IMG/VR virus record: IMGVR_UViG_3300042311_000389
Coordinates: 6,698-70,697 of that record
Strand: one strand, 5' to 3'
Length of the DNA: 64,000 nt
From: a virus
The notes below the pieces were generated by a model. That model did no database searches. It was not told where the DNA came from and saw nothing but the letters and a program-made list of their open reading frames with translations. The position numbers and the translations under genes were made by a program. Below, in pieces: positions 36,392-47,387 of this stretch (the stretch's first letter is position 1; each line of letters starts with the position of its first letter).

Positions 36392-39300
36392 TATTTACAT
36401 ATGTGACTTAATGATAACGTATTATTTTCTTTACCACAACCAACTTTATACGAATATGAATAATCATTAGTTATTCCATTAATTGTGTCATTTAGAACAA
36501 CAGGTTCACCTAAACCATTATATGTTTTAATGTCTTGAATTAAAGAATAATTTTCCCCAATAAAATTCATCAGAATAGTAATTGTATCACCCTGACCTAC
36601 ATTATATGATTGAGAATAAGTAGTAATTAAATTATTATCCCAAGAATAAATAACAGTAGTACCATTAACATTATTTAATAAAACCTTACCTTGACCCTCT
36701 CCTCTACATTTATTAGAAAATTTAAAATCTAATTTACATTCTTTAACATCCACAAGAGTTAATGATTTAATTGTATCAAGACATTTTTCACAATCATATA
36801 TCTCACCATCAATACTTGTAAAATAATTAACAGTACCCGAATCATATGTATTAACATACATACCTAAGTATTGGTTTAAAGTTGATGTATTACCAATTAA
36901 TTCCCAACAAGCTTTATTTTCTTTTCCGTCAGTAAATAATATTGTATCTCCTAATACCATTCCGTTTATCGCCAATACAGATTGAAGAATCACAAGTGAC
37001 TCTTTGACTCCACCACACTGTCTATAAGCATAATATGTTGTTAATGGTGATGGTGTAGGTGTTGATGTGTTAGTCGGTGTCATTGTCATTGTCATTGTTG
37101 GCGTCATTGTCATTGTTGGCGTCATTGTTGGCGTCATTGTTGGCGTTTGTGTTGGACTTAAAGTAATAGTTGGCGTCATTGTTGGCGTTTGAGTCATTGT
37201 CGGTGTTGGCGTAACTGACGCATCCGGTGTTGGTGTCACTGTTGGTGTTGGAGTTACTGACGCATCTGGTGTATCTGTCATTGTCGGTGTTGGAGTATTG
37301 GTCGGAGTTTGAGTCACGGTTGGTGTGTATGTTGGAGTCATTGTTGGTGTTTGTGTTACTGTTGGTGTTACTGTTGGTGTTACTGTTGGTGTTTGTGTTG
37401 GAGACACACTTGGAACTGGTGTACAATGTTCACAAGAAATATCATAATTAATAGTTGTACTAACTATTACCGTTGTGTTATGCAACGATTCCGGGTCACA
37501 ATTAGTTTTAACATAAATTGTATTATCCGGATAAGTTTCAACATTACCCTCACCAATTTGTGGTGAACTTTCAATTAATGTTCTAACCCAACCATAAAAA
37601 ATATCATCGGTTGGGTATCCATTTACACCTAAAGTATATCCTGTATAAATCACACTAGACGTGACAAAAGTTCCTGCAGTAACACTAAGAGTAAAAATCG
37701 CACTATTTAAAACACAATTTGTAAACCCTGAGGTTAAATCATAAAAACCTTCATTTAACATTTCTCGAGGACCTGTTTTGACAATAACAGGATTTTTACC
37801 GAATGTTAAATCACCACTACAAACACTATATGTACCTGAACCATTATAAGTAGTTACACCAGGAATTAGAATTTGTTTTATTTTTGAAAATCCACCTGAA
37901 TCCACAACTCTAAGTGAGTAAGTACCTGCTGATAAATTATTTACCGTCATTCCGGTTTCACCATTTGACCATATAAATTGGAACGGTGGTTCCCCGTCTA
38001 AAACATAAGCCGATATACTACCATCAGAATTTACCGCAAAATCACTACCTAATAAATGAAAATCAACCTGTTTTGACGCACCAATTGTAAATGGTGTTGA
38101 TTGATAACATTTAGTATTATCAACAACACTTGCAAGATAATTACCTGAGGCTAAATTATTAAACGTATACGAGGTTACCGAAGTTGTTATTAATTGTGAG
38201 TTAATACTATATCTATATGGTGGTGTCCCCCCACTAGTAATATATAAAGTAACACTACCATTCTCATTACCACCAGTTGTTCCGGTAGTTGTCGTAGTTA
38301 AACCAAATAGGACTTCGTTATTAATCGTATAAGTACCTGAATAAGTACAAGGACCTAAATCAGTAACACTTATTGTATAATTTCCTGAGGATAAATTTTC
38401 AAATTTCCAAACATTACTATTTGCACTATTTGTGGTTATATTACCATTTGAATCTGTTAAGGTATATGTATATGGTGGAGTTCCACCTAATACGGTTATT
38501 GGCCCTAATATACCTGATAAATCATTACATTTTGAATTTGTAGTATTAACAAAAACACTTGAGATTCCTGCAGGAGTTAATAATGTTGTTGACGATGTTG
38601 CTTTACATAACCCCGCGTCTGTCACTTCAACAGTAAAATTACCCGGAGCCAAACTTGTAAAAATAACAGTTCTATCAAACGTAACAATTGATTCACCATT
38701 TGATGCTAAATAATAAAACGGGGCGGTTCCGTCTACAACAATTACGGTCACTTCACCATCACTCCCAAAACAACTTGGTTGAGTCACGAACAATGAACCA
38801 ATCGATACCGGATTCACCAATTCGACTGTCGCACTTTTTAAAACACTACATCCCGAATTATCCGTAACAGTAACATCATATATTCCTTCTGTCAATCCAG
38901 TTAATGAATCACCAAAACCCCCATTTGACCATAAATAAGTGTACGGTGGGTTACCTGTTAAACCACTAATAAATATTTTACCTGAATTTGTAGTACAACC
39001 CGCATCGTTAACCACAAACAAATCATAATTAATTGTAGTTGAAGTTTTAATTATACAAGTCTCTGACATCCCTGTACATCCCGCACCGTCATCCGCAATA
39101 ACATAGTATGTTCCTGCACTTAATGACGTAAATTCAGTAACATTTGAATAAGATGACCCCGACTCAATTAACCCAAAAGTATTTTCATATAGAGAGAATG
39201 TTGCATTTCCGTAAGAATATGTTGTAGAGGCAGTTATTGACCCATTATTTAATCCACATAAAGTATCAGTATGACTATCTATCGAAGTACAAGTACCACT

Positions 39301-39564
39301 AGAAATTAAAACATTTACAGGTAACACAGTATTTGGAGAACAACTATCTATTATATTAAATGTATAGGTACCAGCACTTAAGAATAGTTTTTCATAAGTA
39401 TAAACATCAACACCCAGTGGTATTACATCAGTAATTGGGGTTATCCATTGTATAGTAAACGGTGGAGATGTTGTACCTGTTATTACATCTATAGTAAATC
39501 CCCCCGAAAAAGAGTTAGTACAATCACCTGTTATACTAATATTATATGTTATTTCACAAGCCAT
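36391..39564 (-). CDS. SprB-repeat fibre/adhesin with long Pro-Thr tract
   Basis: About 6-7 repeats of C...GxIxv...GGTPPYTYxWSNG...LxAGxYxVxVxDxxC, then a PT/TMT tract of about 125 aa and a Cys module. Confidence 0.85.
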   Translation of the reverse strand: MACEITYNISITGDCTNSFSGGFTIDVITGTTSPPFTIQWITPITDVIPLGVDVYTYEKLFLSAGTYTFNIIDSCSPNTVLPVNVLISSGTCTSIDSHTDTLCGLNNGSITASTTYSYGNATFSLYENTFGLIESGSSYSNVTEFTSLSAGTYYVIADDGAGCTGMSETCIIKTSTTINYDLFVVNDAGCTTNSGKIFISGLTGNPPYTYLWSNGGFGDSLTGLTEGIYDVTVTDNSGCSVLKSATVELVNPVSIGSLFVTQPSCFGSDGEVTVIVVDGTAPFYYLASNGESIVTFDRTVIFTSLAPGNFTVEVTDAGLCKATSSTTLLTPAGISSVFVNTTNSKCNDLSGILGPITVLGGTPPYTYTLTDSNGNITTNSANSNVWKFENLSSGNYTISVTDLGPCTYSGTYTINNEVLFGLTTTTTGTTGGNENGSVTLYITSGGTPPYRYSINSQLITTSVTSYTFNNLASGNYLASVVDNTKCYQSTPFTIGASKQVDFHLLGSDFAVNSDGSISAYVLDGEPPFQFIWSNGETGMTVNNLSAGTYSLRVVDSGGFSKIKQILIPGVTTYNGSGTYSVCSGDLTFGKNPVIVKTGPREMLNEGFYDLTSGFTNCVLNSAIFTLSVTAGTFVTSSVIYTGYTLGVNGYPTDDIFYGWVRTLIESSPQIGEGNVETYPDNTIYVKTNCDPESLHNTTVIVSTTINYDISCEHCTPVPSVSPTQTPTVTPTVTPTVTQTPTMTPTYTPTVTQTPTNTPTPTMTDTPDASVTPTPTVTPTPDASVTPTPTMTQTPTMTPTITLSPTQTPTMTPTMTPTMTMTPTMTMTMTPTNTSTPTPSPLTTYYAYRQCGGVKESLVILQSVLAINGMVLGDTILFTDGKENKACWELIGNTSTLNQYLGMYVNTYDSGTVNYFTSIDGEIYDCEKCLDTIKSLTLVDVKECKLDFKFSNKCRGEGQGKVLLNNVNGTTVIYSWDNNLITTYSQSYNVGQGDTITILMNFIGENYSLIQDIKTYNGLGEPVVLNDTINGITNDYSYSYKVGCGKENNTLSLSHICK
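37045..37420 (-). repeat. Tandem low-complexity repeat encoding (TPTx)n
   Basis: GTCATTGTTGGC and GTTACTGTTGGT 12-mers; duplicated PDASVTPTPT. Confidence 0.85.
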
Positions 39565-39568
39565 TTTA

Positions 39569-42500
39569 TTATGAGCAACTAATTGTAAAGTTTATTCCTA
39601 CATCTATTTTTATATTCCATCCTAAGTCTTTATCCGCACAGTTTGTGTTAAATATTGTTACGGTCGTATAAGTCTCGTTAAAATAATAATCAAGCCCCAT
39701 TGTGAGTAAACCATTTAAAGAGTATCTTAACGATGTAACCCATTTTTCGTTAGTTGGTGCACTATAAATTTGATTAACCGCAGAACCACTAAAGAACCAA
39801 TCATTTATTATTAATGTGTCATTAAACGTAACATTAACATACCATTGGGATATCACACTACTACTTTCACAATCAACCAATTCATTATCTACTGTATAAG
39901 AATTAATAACAGAATTTAAAACACCATTAAAATTAGATACCCTACCACCAAACGGGTAAACGTTACATTCTTTTAACTGACGGGGACAATCGGTATTATA
40001 TATTGTGGTAGTTAATTCACAAGGTCTACAAGGAACCGGTACAAATTGACATCCTCTTTGTCTTCTCCAAACAAATTTTTGTCTGTGGAAAATTGAATTT
40101 TCTAATTTAACCCCCGTATTCCAAATAGTACTTGCAGGTATCATTTGTTCTACCAAACGAATCCAATAATCACCCAAACCATCAACATATTGTGTCATAG
40201 TTTCATATGTGAAGTTATCGTTAGCAATACCCGCAATATTTTCAGACTCTAAGTATCTCCAATAGATTGATTGTAATGTTGGATAACCACTCGTACCACC
40301 ATCTGTCGCAAATTGTCTATTTCTAACATTAATAGTATTTTTCCAAAATGTTTGAGCAAACTCAAAGAATGATTTATTCTTTGGTTGCGGATTAATAACC
40401 GTCCAATCAATATCACCTTTACTAGGATAAATCGACACCGGATTAGGGTCACAATGAGTTGGTGGAACATAATTTAAACCTTCATTAGGTATTGGGTAAT
40501 TAAATTGGTTTGACATATACCAAACATCGTATAATAACCCCTGACCCGGATTCAAAAACAAGTCAATGTTTTTAACGTTAATTACTAAATTATCATTATC
40601 CGTATTATAAAATGAATCAAGTCCACCATCAAAATTAGACCTAAGACCTACTTCTGTATCAACCCAACTTTTATTATTATCAACTACCGGTTTTAAATTA
40701 AACCCTAATGTAGTGTAAGGTAATTGTCTATAAACGTTTAAGAAATCTTGACCATAACTAAATGGTGTTAATTTAGTTTGATAGTTAGGATTAGACCCTG
40801 TAAACACACTAGTTGTTAAATCAACTTGTTCTAGCGACCTATGTTTAGGTGTTGACTCAAACCAACCACTACCCATTTGAAAAAAATAAGAGTCCGTATT
40901 AACGGGTGATTTTGGATAACCTAAGTTATCTATAGGGTAATCATCAAGACTTACATTTGAATCTGTTAATTGGGATGTTGTTGTGAAACCACTATATTCA
41001 ATGTTTTGAATTCTAAAAGTGTATGATGGGTCTACAACAGGGATACTCTTTGAGTATGTGCCTCCTGAGATGTTCGCAAATTGAGTATTGAACTCATTTA
41101 TATTAATTTTTTGGTCAGCTAAATAAACATACTCATTAAACTCAACTAAAGCATCCGGAGCACCAATCATTCTCATTAACGTTTCAATTGATTTTCTAGT
41201 ACCTTTTGACTTGAATAAGTAAGCGGAATTAAGAATTAAATTATTATAATAATTGTAATTTAACTCATCCGGAGTCTGAGATTGAGCAACCCCAGTAAAT
41301 GACGAAGTATCACTATTTTTTTGTCCAAAAACAGAGTCTAAAAAACTATCATTTGATATTGGAGTAATGTTTGTTGCCCACCCTAATGTTTGAGCTAGAT
41401 TTTTTAATAATTGAGATGGAATATCATTCCCTGAATTATAATTCACAGAATTCATATAAGCCAAAGCGTTTATGAATTTTTTAGTTTCATCAAAACTTCT
41501 ACCATATATTTGTAACACTTTTTGAATCTTTTGGTCTGTAGTGTCAAATTCTCTAAACGAATCTGTAGTCAAAAATCTCGACACTAAATTTGTTTGGTAA
41601 CCATCAAAAGACGCACTAATATCGTTTAATGTAGTCAAATAAACCGTAAACGCATTAGTTAAAATATCTAAATTCCAATTACCATATAAAGGCCAAGTAA
41701 CATTTTCATTGTTAATATAATAGGCCCCGTCATCCGTTTCCATTGGAACTTGGAAAGTTGCTGTATATATTGGTGATATATTTCTATTCAATAAAAATCG
41801 TTGAACTTCGTCAAATTTAACACTAAACACCGCATTAACTTCGTGGTCATTTGGTCTAATAACTATATCATCAGTTGTACTTGTATTACCGGAAAATGGA
41901 TTACCCGTCACATAAATCGTAAGAGTACCTGAAGATGTTGTATTTGTCGGAACAATCTGTACCACATTATATCCCATACCATTATAATATAACGAATACT
42001 TAGCGTATTGTGTCGTCATATTACGTAACTCGGAAACTTGTATTTCTCTCAACTGTAGATTTCTAGTTGCATTAACTGAAAAATCAATATCAAATGGGTT
42101 TCTAATTCTATCAACAACTAAATCAAAACTAGTTTCCATTGTAATTGGATTATAAACTATATTAGTTGCTGTATCACCCGTAGTATAATTTTCAGACATA
42201 AATGTCATTTCTAAAGCCGCGGGGAAATTACTAATAATAGTTTCAACCGATGTTGAAATCCTTTTAACCATTGACCCATATGTAGTAAAATTAGTAACTT
42301 GAGTTAAGTCAAAATTAGGATAAACTTTAAAATTATTTTCAAAAATAGCCCTTGATTGGTCAACACTTGAAAGCCCTAATCCCTCTAAATTTACAGGACT
42401 TGAAAATGTTCCTGTTGTAAAAGTTCTATTAACCTTTTCATTTAAGGCGGTGGTAAACTCAAAATTACCTTGCGTTAACCCTCCCCCAGCAACTAATTGG

Positions 42501-42577
42501 AACCCAACTAAGTTATCTGAGAAAGTACCCGCACCTGTTGCCGGTTGTGGTGGACAAGTAAAATTTTGATTTGCCAT
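39569..42577 (-). CDS. Baseplate wedge protein (gp7/P2 gpI-like domain)
   Basis: LLKNLAQTLGW...YLFKSKGTRKSIETLMRMIG motif; located in the baseplate module. Confidence 0.65.
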   Translation of the reverse strand: MANQNFTCPPQPATGAGTFSDNLVGFQLVAGGGLTQGNFEFTTALNEKVNRTFTTGTFSSPVNLEGLGLSSVDQSRAIFENNFKVYPNFDLTQVTNFTTYGSMVKRISTSVETIISNFPAALEMTFMSENYTTGDTATNIVYNPITMETSFDLVVDRIRNPFDIDFSVNATRNLQLREIQVSELRNMTTQYAKYSLYYNGMGYNVVQIVPTNTTSSGTLTIYVTGNPFSGNTSTTDDIVIRPNDHEVNAVFSVKFDEVQRFLLNRNISPIYTATFQVPMETDDGAYYINNENVTWPLYGNWNLDILTNAFTVYLTTLNDISASFDGYQTNLVSRFLTTDSFREFDTTDQKIQKVLQIYGRSFDETKKFINALAYMNSVNYNSGNDIPSQLLKNLAQTLGWATNITPISNDSFLDSVFGQKNSDTSSFTGVAQSQTPDELNYNYYNNLILNSAYLFKSKGTRKSIETLMRMIGAPDALVEFNEYVYLADQKININEFNTQFANISGGTYSKSIPVVDPSYTFRIQNIEYSGFTTTSQLTDSNVSLDDYPIDNLGYPKSPVNTDSYFFQMGSGWFESTPKHRSLEQVDLTTSVFTGSNPNYQTKLTPFSYGQDFLNVYRQLPYTTLGFNLKPVVDNNKSWVDTEVGLRSNFDGGLDSFYNTDNDNLVINVKNIDLFLNPGQGLLYDVWYMSNQFNYPIPNEGLNYVPPTHCDPNPVSIYPSKGDIDWTVINPQPKNKSFFEFAQTFWKNTINVRNRQFATDGGTSGYPTLQSIYWRYLESENIAGIANDNFTYETMTQYVDGLGDYWIRLVEQMIPASTIWNTGVKLENSIFHRQKFVWRRQRGCQFVPVPCRPCELTTTIYNTDCPRQLKECNVYPFGGRVSNFNGVLNSVINSYTVDNELVDCESSSVISQWYVNVTFNDTLIINDWFFSGSAVNQIYSAPTNEKWVTSLRYSLNGLLTMGLDYYFNETYTTVTIFNTNCADKDLGWNIKIDVGINFTISCS

Positions 42578-43485
42578 TATTGTGTTATATTTGTAAAGTT
42601 TTTACTAAAATCAATATTATTTCCTCTATCTTGTCTAACTTCATATAATAAACTATTAAATTGGTCTCTAATTTCGTATAAGTTGTATTGTTTGTAAATA
42701 TTATTACTTGTATCGTATAGAGTATAGATACCATCATCAATTGATTTAGTTTGATTACCATAAAGAGCAATTGCTAATGTCGAAATATCGTGTTCAGCAA
42801 TTTCAATATCTAAACTTATTGGATTAAAGAAAGTATTTGTAATTATAATATTTTGATTTGGCTGTCCAATATAAGGAGTCGCGTTTGGATTATTTGTTGG
42901 CGCCGAAGATGGTGATACAGTACAAAACAATAAATTAGTATTGTTGTTAGTATAACGATATCTAATCGCCTTTTGTGATGAGTTTGTTAAATTTTGAACT
43001 ACAGGTTCACAAAAGAATGATGATGTAATTATTCTAAAAAAATTAGGTATTTTTGTACCGTCTGAATTTAAATATTCAATTCTGAATCCAACTAAACCTT
43101 GACTAACAAATTTGTTTCTATAGTTTGATGGAACCGAATTTAAATCAATCACTAAACCTTTAACATTAGGTAATGAAGATAACACCCCACAATCCAATAT
43201 AGTGGTTCTAATTTGAGCCGGTCTAAGAAATAAGGTATATATACCAATTTTATTAAATTGTTCCGCAGGCAGTCTTAAATTGTATAATCCCCCTAAAATC
43301 TCAATATTAGAGTTAACCCCTGTCGTATCATTATTGTAGTAAGGTGTTAATACAGATAACGCATCCAATTTTGTTAACACAAAGTTGTTTGTTTCATCTC
43401 TTGTTGGAGTATAATTCAATATTATCTCCACATCTTCCGGACTTACGTCTGCCGGTCTTATCGTTCCATAGGTTCCTGTTGCCAT
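42577..43485 (-). CDS. Putative baseplate/structural protein
   Basis: 302 aa, translationally coupled within the structural operon. Confidence 0.6.
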   Translation of the reverse strand: MATGTYGTIRPADVSPEDVEIILNYTPTRDETNNFVLTKLDALSVLTPYYNNDTTGVNSNIEILGGLYNLRLPAEQFNKIGIYTLFLRPAQIRTTILDCGVLSSLPNVKGLVIDLNSVPSNYRNKFVSQGLVGFRIEYLNSDGTKIPNFFRIITSSFFCEPVVQNLTNSSQKAIRYRYTNNNTNLLFCTVSPSSAPTNNPNATPYIGQPNQNIIITNTFFNPISLDIEIAEHDISTLAIALYGNQTKSIDDGIYTLYDTSNNIYKQYNLYEIRDQFNSLLYEVRQDRGNNIDFSKNFTNITQ

Positions 43486-43486
43486 C

Positions 43487-44653
43487 TTATGTTGTCGCGT
43501 TAATTATGTTAAAAAATTTATATCCGTACTTTTCTAAACTACCGATACTGTTAACCTCACCAAGTCTTTCAATACTCTCTAAGGCTGAGTTCTTCCCTCG
43601 TTCTATAAATACATTGCTTTGCACTTCTGCTTCATCAATTATTCCTAATAATAGCTCATTTTTCACAATTGGTTGACAAATTACTGTATCAGTAGTCAAA
43701 CCTGATGATTCAACTATGAAAAGTGTCGTACCATTATTATAATCATAGTAGGTAATATCATTAATTGTATAGGCTGTATATAACCCATCTTCAAACACAC
43801 CTAAATATCTACCAACAAATCCAGTGTTTCCGGTTATATCGTATGTAGTTACCGAATAAGGTGTAGGACCATATTGTTTTAAATCCGTTAATGATGATGT
43901 AGTATACCCTGTAATTAAAAATGGTACTGTTGTAAATTGAGTAATATCTTGAGTTGTTGAATCACAATTATTATCACCACTAAAAATATATTTATAAGGA
44001 ACTAATATATTTTGCCAATTACCACCCATAGGTGTAAAAAAAGCCTCACCGTTTGGGTTATCAATAGTTGTTCCGGTAAACGGAAGATTAATTGTTTTAG
44101 TTATAGTATTTGTTCCCCAAGGACTCAAACCTGTCAATTTAATTTGAGTTTCACCCGTTGCCGTATAATCGTGATGTATTTGAGCGGTCGATGTTATAGG
44201 TTCTGGTAATGAACCGTCCCCCCAATCAACAGTATATGTTGAAAACTGTAAGTATTTCTTAAATTCAACATCCGATGTATTATAAAAATAAACTCTTTGG
44301 GATTCTAAAGTTGTTGCGGAAAATAAAAAATTTAACATAGTGTCTTTTTGTACAACCATACCGTCAAACACTGAATAATACCCAATATCAACCGTGTTTT
44401 CTGTAAGTAGAATTGGTACTGTTAAACCGGTTAATAATGAAGTTCCCCCTGTACCTCCTGATAATACTTCTGTCATTGCGGAATACGCATATGTTGAACC
44501 TGTTACAATTATTTCAATCATTTTTGATTGAAGGACACAACATTCCTTAGAATATGATGTTCCCGTAATAGTGGTACCATTATAATTAACTTTGAATACG
44601 TCCCCACTAATTACACCAGGTGAAATCTTTATACTATAATTTTTATCTATCAT
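43487..44653 (-). CDS. Putative structural protein with PKD-like domain
   Basis: YTVDWGDGS...HDY; very rich in [ST][GA]xT. Confidence 0.65.
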   Translation of the reverse strand: MIDKNYSIKISPGVISGDVFKVNYNGTTITGTSYSKECCVLQSKMIEIIVTGSTYAYSAMTEVLSGGTGGTSLLTGLTVPILLTENTVDIGYYSVFDGMVVQKDTMLNFLFSATTLESQRVYFYNTSDVEFKKYLQFSTYTVDWGDGSLPEPITSTAQIHHDYTATGETQIKLTGLSPWGTNTITKTINLPFTGTTIDNPNGEAFFTPMGGNWQNILVPYKYIFSGDNNCDSTTQDITQFTTVPFLITGYTTSSLTDLKQYGPTPYSVTTYDITGNTGFVGRYLGVFEDGLYTAYTINDITYYDYNNGTTLFIVESSGLTTDTVICQPIVKNELLLGIIDEAEVQSNVFIERGKNSALESIERLGEVNSIGSLEKYGYKFFNIINATT

Positions 44654-44655
44654 AA

Positions 44656-45543
44656 TTAAGGATTAATATATTCATACCATTTTATTGAACTTACGTCACC
44701 AACTCTATTACCACTAATATTATCAAATATTTTATAAGTGTAATCGGTATAATCCAACACAACTTTATAATAGAAAAAGTTTTCCGGTTTAAATTGAAAT
44801 AATGACGGAACTAACGGTAATACTTGAGGTGTTGTCATCATTTTAACAAAAATCCCTAATCTAGCATCAAAAAACTTAGCAGTCATATAAAAAGTTTCCG
44901 TAGTATTTGTTGGGTTAGGATTAATGTTTAAAAAATTCTTTTTCCTTAACCAATACAAGAAGAACCCTTCCTTATCACCAACATAATCTAATTTAAATGA
45001 CGGTGTTTTAATATTGACCGGTGGCATCAAAGAAGATGTTATTCCGGTAACGGAATAACCTTGTTGAACCGGTATAATTACTGTAAAATAATTAGTTTGT
45101 GTTGTTGCATCTTTAGTATCATAAAAATCCAATTTAAAAAATGATTTTGTAAAAGGTTGTGTATAATAATATAAGTCATAAGTTGTAAATCCTTCCGGAA
45201 TATAACTAGTTTTCCAATCAGTTGGAACTGCTGTTGTTATATCTAAAGATGGGTTTGGTGGAACTGTTGGTTGTAAATCACCATTATCATCAGGTAGTAA
45301 CACACTAAAAAAATGGAAATCATAATTGACATCAGTTCTTGAACCATTAGGATGCGATGCGTGAGCAAATCTTAATATCTCAAAATCATCAGCAACTCCT
45401 GTAACTCGTTCAACCGCAGTTTTTTGATATTCATCCACAGCATCTGTTCTACCCAAAAAATCCCATTTGATTTCTACAGGTAGATTAATATATTTGTCGT
45501 CACCTTTTGGTAGTGTAAATTTAAATTTATTATTCACATTCAT
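44656..45543 (-). CDS. Putative structural protein
   Basis: 295 aa from ATG 45543 (MNVNNKF); SFFKLDFYD and FYMTAKFFDA blocks. Confidence 0.65.
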   Translation of the reverse strand: MNVNNKFKFTLPKGDDKYINLPVEIKWDFLGRTDAVDEYQKTAVERVTGVADDFEILRFAHASHPNGSRTDVNYDFHFFSVLLPDDNGDLQPTVPPNPSLDITTAVPTDWKTSYIPEGFTTYDLYYYTQPFTKSFFKLDFYDTKDATTQTNYFTVIIPVQQGYSVTGITSSLMPPVNIKTPSFKLDYVGDKEGFFLYWLRKKNFLNINPNPTNTTETFYMTAKFFDARLGIFVKMMTTPQVLPLVPSLFQFKPENFFYYKVVLDYTDYTYKIFDNISGNRVGDVSSIKWYEYINP

Positions 45544-47386
45544 CGTTTTTAGGTTCTGCAGCACCATAAAGTGTTGCGTAATAGTTCATATCGTTCTCTC
45601 TATAATTAGTTCCTTCCGGTATTATTCTAAAAATAAAATTACCATAAGGATAATGAGTACTATTTAAAAATGGATAATCAACACCATTACCTTCAGCATC
45701 TTTAAACCCATATTCATATATGTCTCTCCATATAAATGAATTATATGTTGTTGAAAAATATGAATAGTCCGGAATATCCACAGTATTTCTTATATCACCC
45801 GTTTCAATATAATCAGAAAAAACTCTAAGGGTAAGTTTCCTATGTGGTTGATAATAATAACCATATCTACCCACATTAAGATTATTTGTAGGTCTTGTAG
45901 GTACAGTAAACACACTATCATTGTATGTTATTTTATGATAATTTTCACTTAACAATCTTTCTTTTTGTTCAAAATTATTCCACTCATAAAAACCTCCATC
46001 AATTGTGTCACCACTTTTAAGCGACCTAACATAATTAAACTGAATTGTACCCGGATTACTAGTATTGTAATTAGGGCCTGTGTAATTATCTATCGTAGCC
46101 CCTACAAAATTAGATAATGTTGTTTGCCACCAAGGATTTGGTGATAATGAATTTCTCAACGGTAAGTTAAACTCAAAACCTTGTTTTAATTTAACATTAT
46201 CATTGAACATTAACCCAAAATAACCTTTCCATACTGTTGTAACATATAGTTCATTAATTGGTCTTTTATGATTATCTCTTAAATCACTAACGTCAATATC
46301 TTTATTAAACGACAATGAATAAGATTTTGCACCTTCTTTATATGAAACTCGACTAATTTTATTTGGTGTATATGCAGAACTTTCAAATTTTCTTTTGTCG
46401 CCAAATATGTTTTGTTCAAACCCCGCATTAGTTAAAGCAGCGTCGCCAACATTTGTTATTATTTTATGTCTAACAACATAATATTCTGACATTGTATCAT
46501 CAGCGTTTTCATTATTTATAATTCTTATAAAATTACCATAATCATCTTGAGAAAATGGATTAGAAACGTAACCAATATTGTAAATATTAAAAACATATTC
46601 GTCGTATCCCGGTAATCCATTACCTAAAGAATAAACTTGAAATGTTTCTTCGAAACCGGTTGCTCTAAGTTTAATCTTAACATATTCCCCAACCGATAAT
46701 CCGTGTTTAATTGGACATCTAAACTCAATAATACGATTACCATTCATCATTAAATCATTTCCCGGTACAATACTATTACTATTACTGTCGTCAACCCTAA
46801 CTATAAATGGAATGCCTTCAAAAGCTCTAAATTGATTAAATGTCGGAGGACTTGTTGTTTCGTCAAAATATTGTAATAGTTTACCCGGTACATTTAAATA
46901 AGGATAACTAATAAAATGATTCCAATTATAGGTTGAAGCACTTTTACTCACAAAATTAATATGAACCATACCGTTACTATCAGGTGTTGTATATCCGGAA
47001 ATATTATAATCATTTCTTATAAAATCAAATTCATTATACTGAGGGTAACCATTCCAATCAATAGCATCCGGATTTTGTTTACATTGGTCAATAGTATTTT
47101 GAGTTTCATTGGTATAATACAAATTATTTTCTAACGGTGTATATGGACAACTACCTGAATACGCATTGTCAAATATTAACGCAAATTTACATACCGGTCT
47201 GAAAATTGTGGATTTTTCTCGTTCATCTTTAAACAATTGAGCTAAATTAATATCAATACTTCTATCGAATTCCTGTAAAGTTTTCGCAGTTTGAACTAAT
47301 GGTGTCGGTATCGATAAATTAGTATTCGTTGCGGTTTTATAACGCAACGAACCTAACACTATTCTTATTTCATCTCTATTACCCAT
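45530..47386 (-). CDS. Putative baseplate/structural protein
   Basis: 618 aa in the baseplate operon; WRDIYEYGF...VDYPFLN C-terminal block. Confidence 0.6.
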   Translation of the reverse strand: MGNRDEIRIVLGSLRYKTATNTNLSIPTPLVQTAKTLQEFDRSIDINLAQLFKDEREKSTIFRPVCKFALIFDNAYSGSCPYTPLENNLYYTNETQNTIDQCKQNPDAIDWNGYPQYNEFDFIRNDYNISGYTTPDSNGMVHINFVSKSASTYNWNHFISYPYLNVPGKLLQYFDETTSPPTFNQFRAFEGIPFIVRVDDSNSNSIVPGNDLMMNGNRIIEFRCPIKHGLSVGEYVKIKLRATGFEETFQVYSLGNGLPGYDEYVFNIYNIGYVSNPFSQDDYGNFIRIINNENADDTMSEYYVVRHKIITNVGDAALTNAGFEQNIFGDKRKFESSAYTPNKISRVSYKEGAKSYSLSFNKDIDVSDLRDNHKRPINELYVTTVWKGYFGLMFNDNVKLKQGFEFNLPLRNSLSPNPWWQTTLSNFVGATIDNYTGPNYNTSNPGTIQFNYVRSLKSGDTIDGGFYEWNNFEQKERLLSENYHKITYNDSVFTVPTRPTNNLNVGRYGYYYQPHRKLTLRVFSDYIETGDIRNTVDIPDYSYFSTTYNSFIWRDIYEYGFKDAEGNGVDYPFLNSTHYPYGNFIFRIIPEGTNYRENDMNYYATLYGAAEPKNDECE

Positions 47387-47387
47387 T

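Noticed and set aside
37070-37566. NTNSN-, LLVLLL- and CWCYC-repeat ORFs
   Set aside because: Frame-shifted or antisense readings of the TPT repeat in 36391..39564.
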